The position numbers and the translations under genes are program-made. The notes under the pieces were generated by a model. That model was not told where the DNA came from. It saw nothing but the letters and a program-made list of their open reading frames with translations, and did not search any database. 64,000 nt of DNA from Octopus sinensis (taxonomy: Eukaryota), in contig NC_042997.1 of the NCBI RefSeq assembly GCF_006345805.1, positions 118,730,001 through 118,794,000 on the forward strand. Direction: 5' to 3'. Of this stretch, positions 13,021 to 25,473 are shown piece by piece (positions within the stretch are counted from its first letter, which is position 1; each line of letters opens with the position of its first letter).

Positions 13021-13263
13021 GGAGATGCGTGGCTTGGTGGTTAGGGTGTCAGCATCATGATCGTAAGATTGCGGTTTCGATTCCTGGACCAGGCGACGCG
13101 TTGTGTTCTTGAGCAAAACACTTCATTTTACGTTGCTCCACTCCATTTTCAGCTGGCAAATATGAGTAACGCTGCAATGGACCGGCGTCCCATCCAGCTG
13201 GGGAACTCATTGATGATTGAAACCGGGAATCTGGGCCCAATAGCCTGGCTAGGATTTAAAAGG
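13021..13263 (+). mobile_element. tRNA-derived SINE with CORE-like centre and V-like 3' module
   Basis: Head with A/B boxes (TGGCTTGGTGG / GTTTCGATTCC), CORE-like GTTGTGTTCTTGAGCAAAACACTTCA, then GCTGCAATGGACCGGCGTCCCATCCAG resembling the V-SINE domain. Confidence 0.75.
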
Positions 13264-13460
13264 ACGAAAAAGAATACAGCACAATAATGAGACTTGTTCG
13301 GGCCTTGTGCTTAGAGTAGAAAAGAATGATAAGAGTCTTGATCAAAACAGACACTAGCAGCTCGTCATCTTTTCCTGTGTCGGAAATAATTTTGATCTTG
13401 GCGACTAATTGTGTTATTCCATCCGTGTCCTTTGCGGCTACAAATTTGATACCAAGATAT

Positions 13461-14252
13461 ATTCTTTTCTACACTAGGCACAAGGTCCGAAATTTTGGGG
13501 GAGGGTGCCAGTCGATTATCTCGACCCCAGTACGCAACTGGTATTTAATTTATCGACCCCAAAAAGATGAAAGTCCAAGTCGAACGTGGCGGGGAATTTG
13601 AACTCAGTAATGACAGACGAAATACCGCAAAGTATTTCGCCCGGCGTGCTAACATTTCTTATTTCTTTATTGCTCACAGGGGGCTAAACATAGAGGGGAC
13701 AAACATGGACAGACAAAGGGAGTAAGTCGATTACATCGACCTCAGTGCGTGACTGGTACTTATTTTATCGACCCCGAAAGTATGAAAGGCAAAGTCGACC
13801 TCGGCGGAATTTGAACTCAGAACGTAGCTGCAGACGAAATAACTATTTCTTTACTACCCACAAGGGGCTAAACACGGAGAGGACAAACAAGGACAGACAA
13901 ACGGATGAAGTCGATTATATCGACCCCAATGCGTAACTGGTACTTATTTAATTGACCCCGAAAGGATGAAAGTCGACCTCAGTGGAGTTTGAACTTAGAA
14001 CGTAGCGGAAGACGAAATACCTATTTCTTTATTACCCACAAGGGGCTAAACATAGAGGGGACAAACAAGGACAGACATGGGTATTAAGTCGATTACACCG
14101 ACCCCAGTGCGTAACTGGTACTTAATTTATCGACCTCGAAAGGATGAAAGGCAAAGTCGACCTTGGCGGTATTTGAACTCAGAACGTAACAGCAGACGAA
14201 ATACGGCTACGCATTTCGCCCGGCGTGCTAACGATTCTGCCAGCTCGCCGCC
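13461..14252 (-). mobile_element. head-to-tail array of four family A SINE units
   Basis: Four ~175-200 bp units with junctions near 13660, 13843 and 14021; a single full head at 14252. Confidence 0.92.
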
Positions 14253-15099
14253 TTGATAACAGGATGTATCAAACATCATACTGTTATATGGTAGAACAGA
14301 GTCATTGACATATAACGTTTGCATATATCCAAACAGAAAGAAATATAAAAGTTAAATTTATTCAACTTATCTGACAACACGAAGCATACTACCAAATAAT
14401 TGAAATTACAAGGACAAACAAGAATTATACTAGTATATGATAAACACTGCTAAATAAAAATAGAAGCACACTGTTGCTAATTAAACGTAAGCATTAATGC
14501 CTACAAAGGTAGAATATATAGAACAACAAAAAACCTAAGTATTATTAAATAACAATCTAATTAAATTAGAGTCGTCTTAAAGAATAATTACGAAACATAA
14601 TTACACTAATTTGATAAGACACGTGTTGGATTCACTAACGAGAATACTTTAGTAAACGTTTGTAATATTACTAGTAAAAAAGATTAAAACTAAAAACTCA
14701 CTACGATAAAAGAAATTTTAAATGTTAAACGGACATTTAACTAGTACAGAAATAAAACAAAAAAAAAAAAAAAGCAGGACTAAACAGACGTGAACTATTG
14801 TATAAAAAGCAGAAGGTATAACGACCGCTGAAACGGAATTAAGTATAACGATAAAATCATTATATTAAAGTTAAGTAGCAATAAACCTATTAGAATTACA
14901 ATTGACGCAGAGTAAAAATACGCAGGAAGCTTTAATATACTAACAAGCTAACACACGTGCGGCATTTAACTGAGATTATTTAAATAATCGACCGCTCATC
15001 TTAGCAGATACAATGAGAAGAAAATACGCGAGCCACACACACACACAGACACACACACAAACATATAATCATACGTTTATAACTTTAATAAAGCTATAC

Positions 15100-15962
15100 A
15101 CACAAAATAAAATCAACGGAGAAACCAGAATGAGTTGGTGAAAGGTTTATTTAGTTGCATTTAGTTAAAGTCATGAGCGCGAGAGCCGTCTGTCAACGCA
15201 TGCTTCGATGAAGCCCCGCTTAACTAGAAGTTTCTTTCCCTGCAGATCTTTTCCCTAGCTAAACCGCAGTGAAGTTCTTGTCTACAGTTCGTCCGTCATA
15301 AGTCCTTCGGCAGTGCCCTACATATAACTCCCTGCCACATAACTGTCGACTGCCATTGGAACAGGGAAGGAGTTTTAATTGCCCTGCTTGTGAGTGTTGT
15401 TACTCGGCTCATTGGTGAATGTCCACTGCCAAGGTTTGGTGAGATTTACATGAAGCGGACCCTGACCTACTTGGACGGGGCTCTCAGTATTGAGATGGGC
15501 CGGTTTCAATCAGGAGTTGGAACGATTTGTCACCCGAACATATTACTGCATATGGGCCATCGAAGGGATTGGAGGGGTTTTTGTCGTGCATCACGTCGAA
15601 TGAAGAACTTCGTTGTGCGGACGTCATTTAGTACGATGATTTAGGTTTACCTATGTTGACATAGGAAAAGGACCTAACTGGCCCACATTGTCTCTCAGCT
15701 GTGTGATATCTTTTAACATCTGGGTTTGACTTTGTGTAAACTGTACAAAAACAAATAAAAAACAGCAGAGAAACCAGAATGTTTTGGGGAAGGTTTTATA
15801 TAGTACATTAATTTAAACACACGTGAGCCGTCGGTTAACTAGTGTTTCAAAGATGCCCCATGTAACTGGAAGTCCCTTTCACTGCAGATCAGCCTCCTAC
15901 TTAGCTCGCAGCTAAGTTCCTGTTTACACTTCGTCCGTTATAATTCCTTGGGCAGTGCCCAA
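15100..15962 (-). mobile_element. miniature Gypsy LTR retrotransposon remnant (LTR - integrase GPY tail - PPT - LTR)
   Basis: Diverged direct repeats ~15100-15322 and ~15750-15962. The minus strand between them encodes FFIRRDARQKPLQ..FDGPYAVI..GDKSFQL (GPY/F module), then purine tract GGCAGGGAG just before TGTAGGGCAC. Confidence 0.7.
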
Positions 15963-16009
15963 AATGTTCATATATATATATAATTTTTTGATTTTAGTTA
16001 TTGTACTGC

Positions 16010-16385
16010 TGTAATACTGGGATATTACCTTTGAAACGCTTAGTCAAACAAATCGATCCCATTACATATATTTTAATCCCGGAACTTATTCTGTCAACCA
16101 TTTATTTTATGAAACCGCTATTTTACAGGGACGCAAACATACAAACATTGGTTTCCAAGTGGTGTTAGGGACGAACAACACATTCACAAACTCTCTCTCC
16201 ACTCTTTCTCTCTCACAGACACACGCGCGCGCGCACACAGATATGTGTACGAAGTGGATTTTTTTGTTACCATCTATCAAACCCACTAAAAAGGCTTTGG
16301 TCGGTACGGGGCTATAAAAACACCTGTTCAAGGTGACACACCATCAAAGCGATTTGGTAGCAAACTTCTTATCACATAGCGATGA
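16010..16385 (-). mobile_element. SINE family B (CORE-like, internal microsatellite), degraded
   Basis: aaggctttggtcggtacgggctata..caaggtgacac is a diverged family B head; the body is weakly alignable. Confidence 0.55.
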
Positions 16386-17076
16386 TTGCATCTATCTACC
16401 TATCTATCTCTGTCACTCTTTACGTCCCTCTCTCTCTCTATCTCTCTCCCTCCAGATACACATACACACACACACACACAGACATATATATACACACATG
16501 CACACACGTTATCTATATTTATCCGATGAAGTATAGGAAATAAAAAACAAAACTAAAAACGAGATGATCATAAATAATATAAATACGAGAGTGGACCTAT
16601 TATCTTTTCAGTCTAATAAATATTTCCCATATGCTGGCAAAATGTTATCGCAACGTTATTTTCACGTAATTAAGTTTTCCAATAAGGAATAATTAAAAAA
16701 ATCACTAGACATGACCGATCGTAAATTTGACTCTGGGGCACCATTTTAATGAAGTCCTGAAAGAAGCCATCTGGTCAACAATCTAAAGACTCTCAGATTA
16801 TATTAATAACTAACTAACTAGCTAACTAACGAAATAAATAAATAAATTAATGGGTCTCCGAAAAACTAGGTCTTCCAAGAATTACATCTGTTTAATTGGC
16901 CTCTGAAGGGATGACCAGTCCTTGTAAACTAGGTCGGCGTGCAAATTTTGTTTAATTTCAAACAATGGCAAACTTACAGTATTTGCAACCATAACATACT
17001 ACCAAGTATATTACTGGTTCAAAAGTCAATGGTGTATCTTACCGTGAGTTAACAATCCTATAATTTCACTTTGGTA

Positions 17077-17239
17077 AGGCGTAGGAGTGGCTGTGCGGTA
17101 AGTAGCTTACTTTCCAACCACATGATTCCGGGTTCAGTCCCACTACGTGGCACCTTGGTCAAGTGTCTTCTACTATAGCCTCGGGCCGACCTGAGCTTTG
17201 TGAGCAGATTTGGTAGAAGGAACTGAAAGAAGCCTGTCG

Positions 17240-17305
<66 letters not shown>

Positions 17306-17545
17306 TATGTGTTTGTGTGTATATGTTTGTGTGTCTGTGTTCGTTCCCCCAACATCGCTTGACAACTGATGCTGGTGTGTTTACGTCCTCGTAACTTAGT
17401 GGTTCGGCAAAAAGGACCGATAGAATAAGTACTAGGCTTACAAAGAATAAGTCCTGGGGTCGATTTGTAAAACTAAAAGGCGGTGCTCCAGCATGGCCGC
17501 AGCCAAATGACTAACACAAGTAAAAGAGTAAAGAGTAAAGAGAGA
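17077..17545 (+). mobile_element. SINE family B (OR-like, CORE-like GGCACCTTGGTCAAGTGTC) with internal (TA)n
   Basis: tRNA-like head GGAGTGGCTGTGCGGTAAG..CCGGGTTCAGTCCC; (TA)n at 17245-17305; tail (AAAGAGT)n. Confidence 0.92.
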
Positions 17546-17661
17546 GTTATCTCAATAAATTTTCAATAGAATTCAGAGCTATCAGTGGAGGTTGCGACGT
17601 TTTCAAAAACCAACATTTCTATGTAAACAATGCGATTGAAAATAGAAAAAAAAGAGGAATG

Positions 17662-17708
17662 GGTGTATATACATTTTTCAAGGGTTGTTGCCCTTTCATC
17701 AGCGCATC
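17662..17708 (-). ncRNA. minimal type-I hammerhead ribozyme-like motif
   Basis: Minus strand: gatgcg CTGATGA aaggg-caacaa-ccctt GAAA aatg TA tacacc. Perfect core and 5-bp stem II; stems I and III imperfect. Confidence 0.6.
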
Positions 17709-18605
17709 TAACCCGTCAGCTACCTACGAACCCATTGCTTAAATACCCACTAGGTTTACCTGTGCAATAAACTTCGTAGTATATTATGGTTAAAACCAAA
17801 ATCGTGCAACCTTGCCGACAATGATTATATACGTACCGGCTGCCAAGAATGTGTTTAACATGCCAATTGGTCTAGCCAGTTGTCTTGCTCCGCTAAAGCG
17901 AAACTATCCTCACATGCAATTTCAAACACTTAAGCCAAATTTATGCAGACTCTCAGAATGGAGACATTAAATGCACATTTTAATACTATTATACTAAAAC
18001 TGGATACATTTAGAGGGGAAAAAAAAGCAAAGAAAGAACCATTACCACTTTGTATAACAAGAATATATTAGCACATTGCAAAGCCACTTGATATGAATCA
18101 TGTACAACTTGAACAATCACAATTGTACGGCTGGTAAAAAGATATGCTTAAGATATTATTCTCGACAATATCTCTCTATTCACAAGTTTAAATTGTTAGC
18201 GGAGACATTCTAATTAATTAGTTTACTGTAATGATGCTCTCATGTGTTCTTGACAACGATATGCTGTCAAGAATATATTATCTCATCGCCAAGCCATTCC
18301 ATACGGGCAACTCTTAACTAAAACATTAATAATACTTCTCCTGACGAAAAGTCAAATACTGCAGCAGAAAAGTACTTCTCCTTTCCAGGACTGGATACTT
18401 TGTCAGTTTTCAGCTACTAACTCCGCAGATTACATGAATATTTCTAGTGTTACTGACTATGAAAATACGAAAAGCAATGTCGCAACTAACAGAATATGAA
18501 CAAATAACATAAGTAGATATAACTAAATAGAAGTTCTTACCATTTGATTTTTCTATAGTACCGCTAAGTACAAAAATATTTATAAATAACAGTTATATAG
18601 TTTTT

Positions 18606-18772
18606 CACAAGGCCAGCAGTAATTTCAGAGGAGTTAGTTGATTACATTGGGCTCAGTGTATCAAGGATGAATAGGTCGATGTCGGCGGAATTTGAGCACA
18701 GACCTTGATGATTCATAAGAAATGCCGCTTAGCGTTTTGTGCCACAGCTAATGATTCTGTCAGCTCGCTGCC
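18606..18772 (-). mobile_element. SINE family A, degraded
   Basis: gattctgtcagctcgctgcc head; gtcggcggaatttgagc. Confidence 0.7.
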
Positions 18773-19219
18773 TTAAGATATTTACAACGTTAGCACAGTA
18801 AATACATCAGGTAAGTTACTGTTGATATCTCATTTTTAAGCATTATGAAAATATATTTTAACATTTATAATTTTTACAACCTTACTGTTATAAACTAACA
18901 TCTTTGAGGCTTCGAATAATATCCATCATATTTGCATCCGCCTGATCGCTAATCGTCTTCAAGTGTCTTTTTCCTGGATATTTACATATTAACTGACTAT
19001 ATTCTAACTCAGAAACATTATTTCTGGATTAAAATCTAGTGAGATTCTGAATTAAAATCATTGCTAGATTATGTACACGTTTTGGAAGGAGGACCTGGTG
19101 ACGGTCGGTTAGTAAAACCGATCGAAGCGTTTCATGGGTACTGATATATATATATGCAGTTTCTTCCTCTAAAGCTCTGATACATTGTCAGAAAAAAAAT
19201 ATAATAGTAATAAATATTT

Positions 19220-19525
19220 GTAGAAGTACATGGCCTAGTGGTTATAGCAGCGGACTCTCGGTCGAGCGATCGCGGATTCGAATCTCAGACCAGGCGATGT
19301 GTGTGTTTATGAGGAAAATACCTAAGCTCCACGCGGCTCCGGCAGAAGGTAATGGCGAACTTCAGCTGACTCTTTCGCCACACCTTTCTCTCACGCTTTC
19401 CTCCTGCTCATTGCAGCTCACCTGCGACGGACCGGCGTCCCGTCCACGTGGGGAACCTATACGCCATTGAAGCCGGGAAACTGGCCCATTATGAGCCAGG
19501 CATGGCTTGAGAAGGAACAAACAAT
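19220..19525 (+). mobile_element. tRNA-derived SINE family C (CT-rich centre + V-like 3' module)
   Basis: Head TGGCCTAGTGG..GGATTCGAATCTC; 3' CTGCGACGGACCGGCGTCCCGTCC..GAAGCCGGGAAACTGGCCC; homologous to 38078-38380. Confidence 0.8.
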
Positions 19526-19594
19526 AAATATGTATTTGAAAATGTAACTTGAAGTGTAATGCATAATTAAGTTTAAAAGTGATGGTTTCAAATT

Positions 19595-19780
19595 TTGGCA
19601 AAATGCTAGCAATAGTAAGGGAGAGTGCAAGTGGATTACATCGACCCACCCCAGGACTCAACTTATTTCATTGACCCACCGAAAGGAAGTAAAACCTTGG
19701 CGTAATTTGAACTTAGAACGTTAAAGACGGACGAAATGTCGTTAAGCATTTTGTCCGGCGCGGTGTAGATCCTGCCAGTT
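19595..19780 (-). mobile_element. SINE family A, degraded
   Basis: gacggacgaaatgtcgttaagcattttgtccggcg matches the head. Confidence 0.65.
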
Positions 19781-20412
19781 AGAAAATATTACTTGGAATT
19801 AACAAAGACAAAAACAAGTTAATGTGCAATTCCACATGATCTTTTGAATTGTTTGGTTAAATATTAGTTGTTCTTTGCTTCCAAGTAAAATATATCTGTG
19901 CAAGTTTTTCCAATTTCTACATCAATTACTAAAACCTAACTTAAACAGCATTCAATATATTATGCTATCACTCAAAGCTGTTAGTGTTTAACAACATCAA
20001 TTATTAAAATAGCGGTTCTTAAAAAAGTGCCTTTTCCACCTTTCCATATTTGGTGAATCATTCGAAAAATTACTTCATTAGTCTCCATAATTACTTTCCT
20101 GTTTCTGGGGAGAAAAAAAGCATCAGCAATTATTATAGTTGTTTTGTTTTCAAAAAAATTTCATTATTCTGTCTAGTTCCTTGTATATTATTGCGAATAT
20201 ATTTTCAGTGCGTATATTTTGAAAAACAAAATGTTGATAAATTTTGATAAATTCAGTAAGTACACACATATAAACATACACATGCAACGATGCCAACACA
20301 TACACACCTGCACGCACACACGCACGCACGCACACACTCATCGATTTATGCAAAGACGTTGTGCATGGTACAAGATTTCTCGGTTCGCATCAAATATAAT
20401 ATAGTACTATAA

Positions 20413-20998
20413 GGCTACGAGCTGGAGGAGACGTTAGCATACTGGGCGAAATGCTTTGCGGTATTTCGTCTGCCGCTACGTTCTGAGTTCAAATTCCACC
20501 GAGGTCAACTTTGCCTTTCATCCTTTCGGGGTCGATTAAATAAGTACCAGTTACGCACTGGGGTCGATATAATCTACTTAATCCGTTTGTCTGTCCTTGT
20601 TTGTTCTCTCTGTGTTTAGTCCCTTGTGGGTAGTAAAGAAATAGGTATTTCGTCTGCTGTTATGTTCTGAGTTCAAATTCCGCCGGGGTCGACTTTGCCT
20701 TTCATCCTTTCGGGGTCGATTAAATAAGTACCAGTTACGCACTGGGGTCGATATAATCGACTTAATCCGTTTGTCTGTCCTTGTTTGTTCTCTCTGTTTT
20801 TATCCCCTTGTGGCTAGTAAAGAAAGTATATTTCGTCTGCCGTTACGTTCTGAGTTCAAATTCCGCCGAGGTCGACTTTGCCTTTCATCCTTTCGGGGTC
20901 GATAAATTAAGAACTAGTTGCGTACTGGGGTCGATGTAATCGACTGGATCCCTCCCCCCAAAAAATTTGGGGCCTTGTGCCTAGAGCAGAAAAGAATA
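20413..20998 (+). mobile_element. head-to-tail trimer of family A SINE
   Basis: One head followed by three bodies; junctions at ~20644 and ~20826 restart at (G)GTATTTCGTC; the last unit has tail B (CCCCCAAAAAATTTGGGGCCTTGTGCCTAGAG). Confidence 0.93.
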
Positions 20999-21374
20999 TG
21001 TGTATGTGTGTGTGTGTGTGTGTGCGTAAATCATTAAGCAATTACATTGCCTCACATGTATTGTTTATCTCTAAATTTTACTTTGCAGATTCTAATATGC
21101 AAATATGGAACGAATTTAATCTAACTCTATTTAATTAAAAAATTGAGCTGCAGAATTACCTTTACATTAACATTAATAGAATTCTCTCGTGAACAGAAGC
21201 AATTTTTAAAACTTTCTTTCCTTTTCTTTCCCTGTTGGACATTAGATTTTTAAAGACACTTTTGCACCCCTACTGTCCATAAATATGTTCCTTATATTCT
21301 GTGTAAACTCCATGATTTCACCCCTTTATTATCTTTGTCTGATCAGTCAATTTCTCAGTAAACAAGTACATCAG

Positions 21375-21515
21375 CAGGCGTGGCTGTGTGGTTAAGAAGT
21401 TCGTTTGGAACCATGTATTTTCGGGTTTAGTCCCTCTTCACGGCATATTAGGCAATTACCTTCTACTGTGGTCCAAAGTCCTTCAAGTCTGCAGTCCAAT
21501 GACTGAAAAAAAGTA
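21375..21515 (+). mobile_element. SINE family B, 5' fragment
   Basis: gcaggcgtggctgtgtggttaagaag..tcgggtttagtccc..ttaggcaattaccttctac. Confidence 0.65.
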
Positions 21516-21919
21516 AAAGGCAAAAACCAAAAAAGGGGTGTAGAAGTCAGTTCCTTGCTCTAATGCCCTAATTAATTATTGGGTGCGATTAAGTATATTT
21601 CATGCTGCTTGTAATGAAAAAGGGAAAGAAAGTGCAGTTGAACAACAATTAATTTATAAAGTTTTTATTGAATGAGAAGAGAATTCTAACATTGGTGGTG
21701 GCGCCTTATCTCTCTAAAGCGCCATAGTTCTATAGAGGAAGGGTTGTGAAGTCATTACAGTGAAGTTTGTGTGTTATTATCAGGGGAAGAAGCGTCAGAG
21801 GGAGTGATGCACATATACATTGGCAGAATTGTAAATGCAGTAGCAATAGAAACCTCAGGAAAGCGAAACTGAGTATTTTCATTTACTGGTTGTTGTGTAT
21901 TTGTAAATTAAGCTTTGCC

Positions 21920-22099
21920 AGGCGTAGGAGTGACTGTGTGGTAAGTAGCTTACTTACCAACCACATGGTTCCGGGTTCAGTCCCACTGCGTGGCACCTTA
22001 GGCGAGTGTCTTCTATTATAGCCACGGGCCGACCAAAGCCTTGTGAGTTAATATGGTATACCGAAACTGAAAGAAGCCAGTCGTATGTATGTATGTATT

Positions 22100-22187
<88 letters not shown>

Positions 22188-22387
22188 ATGAATATGTTTG
22201 TGCGTCTGTGTTTGTCCCTCCAACATCGCTTGACAACCGATGCTGGTGTGTTTACGTCACTGTAACTTAGAGGTTCGGCAAAAGAAAATGATAGAATAAG
22301 TCCTGGGGTCAATTTGCTCGACTAAAGGCGGTGCTCCAGCATGGCCACAGTCAAATAACTGAAACAAGAGTGAAAGAGTAAAAGAGT
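21920..22387 (+). mobile_element. SINE family B with internal (TA)n(TG)n
   Basis: Full-length match to 17077-17545 and 39571-39990. Confidence 0.92.
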
Positions 22388-22883
22388 CTGTAGAATGACG
22401 GGAAATTAATATAATGAACGGTGGTAATGTGTAGTACCACTACTGCTCCTATGTGATGTAATTGGCTTTTAATTTGCTTTGTAAAAGTTGGAATCTTTTC
22501 TGGCACTAAAGAAGCAGCATTCCATCTTGGCAAATGCTATTTATGCTATGTATAGGTGTAAGCTTATCAGAAATATCGGGTCTTAACACTTACGGTAAAT
22601 TTTCAAAGGAATAAATATTTTGTGTGATGTTTGAATCCAGAATAATGTGGATAGTGCATATATCACAAAGGCTATAAAGGAACGAGAAATAGATTTATGG
22701 AAACCATATTGTTTTTCAAATACGAAATAAGCCATTAGGGTGCATATAGAAACACAAGCAATGGAAAAAATTTGGTAGTAATTGCCAAATTATAATGCAG
22801 GTCCATTTATGCCATTCATAGGTAATGCGTGTAACATTTCATCGCTCTGAATAATATAAAAAAAATTATGATCCTGTATAATA

Positions 22884-23450
22884 TTGGGTTGCCCGGAAAG
22901 TTCGTGACGATTTTTAAAGAAAAGAAAAAGGTCAATAGATACTTGCCATTACATTTTTAATCAACCAAATATGAACCATTTTGTTGCACAATGCATCTCC
23001 ATCTTTCCTTTAACTTGAAAATATCCTCTTCCCAGAATTGAGGTGGTTTCATGGTAAAGAATCCATCAAGCTATCTTTTTACGTCATCCAAGGAATTGAA
23101 TTTTTTACCATTAAGACTATTCTGCAGAAACCTGAATAAGTGGAAATCCGAAGGAGCAATATCTGGTGAAAATGGGGGGGTGGGGTAACACATCCCAGCC
23201 GAGCTGCAGCAATTTTTGTCTGGTTCCCAAAGCATCAAGTGCCGAAAATGAACTTTCTTAACTTCCATTTTAAAGGGTTACAGAATTAACACAGGTTATA
23301 GTAACATAAACCTCCTTCCACGAAAAGATAGCTTAAACTGTGCTCTAAATGGAGGTGTAATGAAATCCTATTTTATGGATTCAAACATGTTCTAAAATAA
23401 GTCGAAAGATAAGCTGCTATAAATCGGCACGAACTTTCCAGACAACCCAA
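22884..23450 (-). mobile_element. internally deleted mariner (MITE-like) with both TIRs and TA TSD
   Basis: 30-bp TIRs TTGGGTTGCCCGGAAAGTTCGTGACGATTT / AAATCGGCACGAACTTTCCAGACAACCCAA (3 mismatches), TA on both sides; N-terminus MEVKKVHFRHLMLWE joined to C-terminal PPFSPDIAPSDFHLFR.LQNSLNGKKF. Confidence 0.93.
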
Positions 23451-23709
23451 TAGTATCCATGTAACTGTAAGCTTCCGAGATGTCCGCTTTTTATGCAATT
23501 CAGTTCGCTTACACCACTAACTGTATTCAAAGCAGTATAATAGTAGCATTAACAAATAATATTACTCTTCAGTTAAGATGCACTTTAGACGTAGTAACGA
23601 AAACATGGGATCCTACCTCAATACAAATGACAATACTATTAAAATACATTGTTGTAAAGCCAGGTCTTAAATATAAGGAAGGAATTTCGAATTTTTTTAG
23701 AATAGAAAA

Positions 23710-23997
23710 TGGCACTCAGTCCGTTACGACAACGAAGGTTTCAAGGGATCTTATCAATGCAGCCTGCTCGAGAAATTAACGTACAAGTATATGAGCTCTC
23801 CACAGATAACGTAATTTTCAGGAAGATTCTGCATGACACAGTGTGACTAAGCTGGCCATTTGAATTACAGATACAACTCATTTTCCCAGCTGATTGAACC
23901 GGAGCAACCTGAGATGAAGTGTCTTGCTCAAGGACACAACGGGGAATCGAACTCACGGCCTTGCGGTAGCGAGCCGAATGTCTCTATGCCATGCACC
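23710..23997 (-). mobile_element. CORE-type tRNA SINE (OR2-like)
   Basis: Minus strand: GAGTTCGATTCCCC GTTGTGTCCTTGAGCAAGACACTTCATCTCAGGTTGCTCC (CORE-like), with a tail different from 13021-13263. Confidence 0.75.
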
Positions 23998-24034
23998 TTT
24001 ACTCTATAGAACATAGTAATATTACTCTACGGAA

Positions 24035-24268
24035 AGGCGGTGAGCTGGTAGAAACGTTAGCACGCCGGGCGAAATGCTTAGCGGTATTTCGTCTGCCGTT
24101 ACGTTCTAAGTTCAAATACCGCCGAGGTTGGCTTTGTCTTTCATCTTTTCGGGGTCGATTAAATAAGTACCGGCTACGCACTTGGGTCGATGTAATCGAC
24201 TTAATCCGTTTGTCTGTCCTTGTTTGTCCTCTCTATGTTTAGCCCCCTGTGGGCAATAAAGTAATAAA
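24035..24268 (+). mobile_element. SINE family A, full-length monomer, tail A
   Basis: GGCGGTGAGCTGGTAGAAACGTTAGCACGCCGGGCG ... GCCCCCTGTGGGCAATAAAG. Confidence 0.92.
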
Positions 24269-25411
24269 TATTACTCTATGGAATAGTGTAATAAAAGGAA
24301 ATTGAGTACAAGAGTATAAATTTTCCCTAAAGTTCCAAATGTTTTAGAGAGGAGATAAAGGCAAATTCCATGCTTGGAATCTGAAACTATTTTGACGGAA
24401 GGAAGGAAGGAAAGAGAAAGTCTTTTTAGCCAAGAAATCTGCCGTAAAAAATTCGAGTCCCCCAAAGTAATCCAGTGACGCCATTTTAGTGTTAGACTGG
24501 ACGACAATACGAGGAAAACATTGTTGCATTGGAAAATTAGCTGTGTAGCAAATTATAATAACTGCGAAAGAACTAAAAATACACGACTTGAACTTGTTTT
24601 GGTAATAGAGGTTTTATTTCAGGTACGGCTAGATACGGAAATATAATTATATAACATACGAGCGTTTCCTCTAGAAATCCTAAACTTTCAAACTTGAACA
24701 TTTCAACATTTGCATAACGTGAAGCACCACAAATAGCTTTCTGAATAATCTATAGATTTCGCCTATTCTTCCATTGATGAGAAAGTCCACGTTTGAATGT
24801 GGTCCAACCTTTGAAGAAAATAATCTTGAGTTTAAAAGAAATAAGTTATTTTTAAGAACATATATTATTTGTAAATAAATCAATTCCAAAACGAATACAT
24901 TATTGATTTTCCCACAGGGGTAATTTAGAAATTTATGTATTTTTCAAGAACTATTATCGCTTTCTATAGTAACAGAAATAAATAATACAAAGAATTCAAA
25001 ATCTTAAGTGCTCTAGAGTGAAGAACATACGCTGATGTGAATAAATATTAATAGCATTTTTGTAATTTTGTCAGATTCATGTGATGTAAATATAGATTCT
25101 ATTAGAGAACAAAGAAATAATATTTCGTAATAAATTAAATATGAAGAGAATAAATATATATTAAGACACAGCTGCACTGATGATTTTCTGGTCGGAAGAA
25201 GATATGGAAGAATATATTAGACTGTGTAATTTTTTTAAATCTCTTCACAAACTTCACTGCGAGTAGTATTTATTTCTAGCATTAGAATCCGGGTGCAAAT
25301 TAAAGGAGAATGAAATTGGTGACAATATACCAGCTAGATTGCTTTTAGACAAGTGCCGAATTAGTAACATGTTGTTATCTTTAAGGCACAATGCATAGGT
25401 AAAAAGAATGC

Positions 25412-25473
<62 letters not shown>

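Noticed and set aside
18335-18380. CTGACGA followed by GAAA
   Set aside because: No stem II adjacent to GAAA and no stem I or III pairing.
13461-20998. Regularly spaced repeats as a possible CRISPR-like array
   Set aside because: Units are ~180-bp SINE bodies with no unique spacers, in a eukaryotic context.
24655-24700. Minus-strand GAAACGCTCGTA with an upstream stem
   Set aside because: Core mismatched and no stem I.
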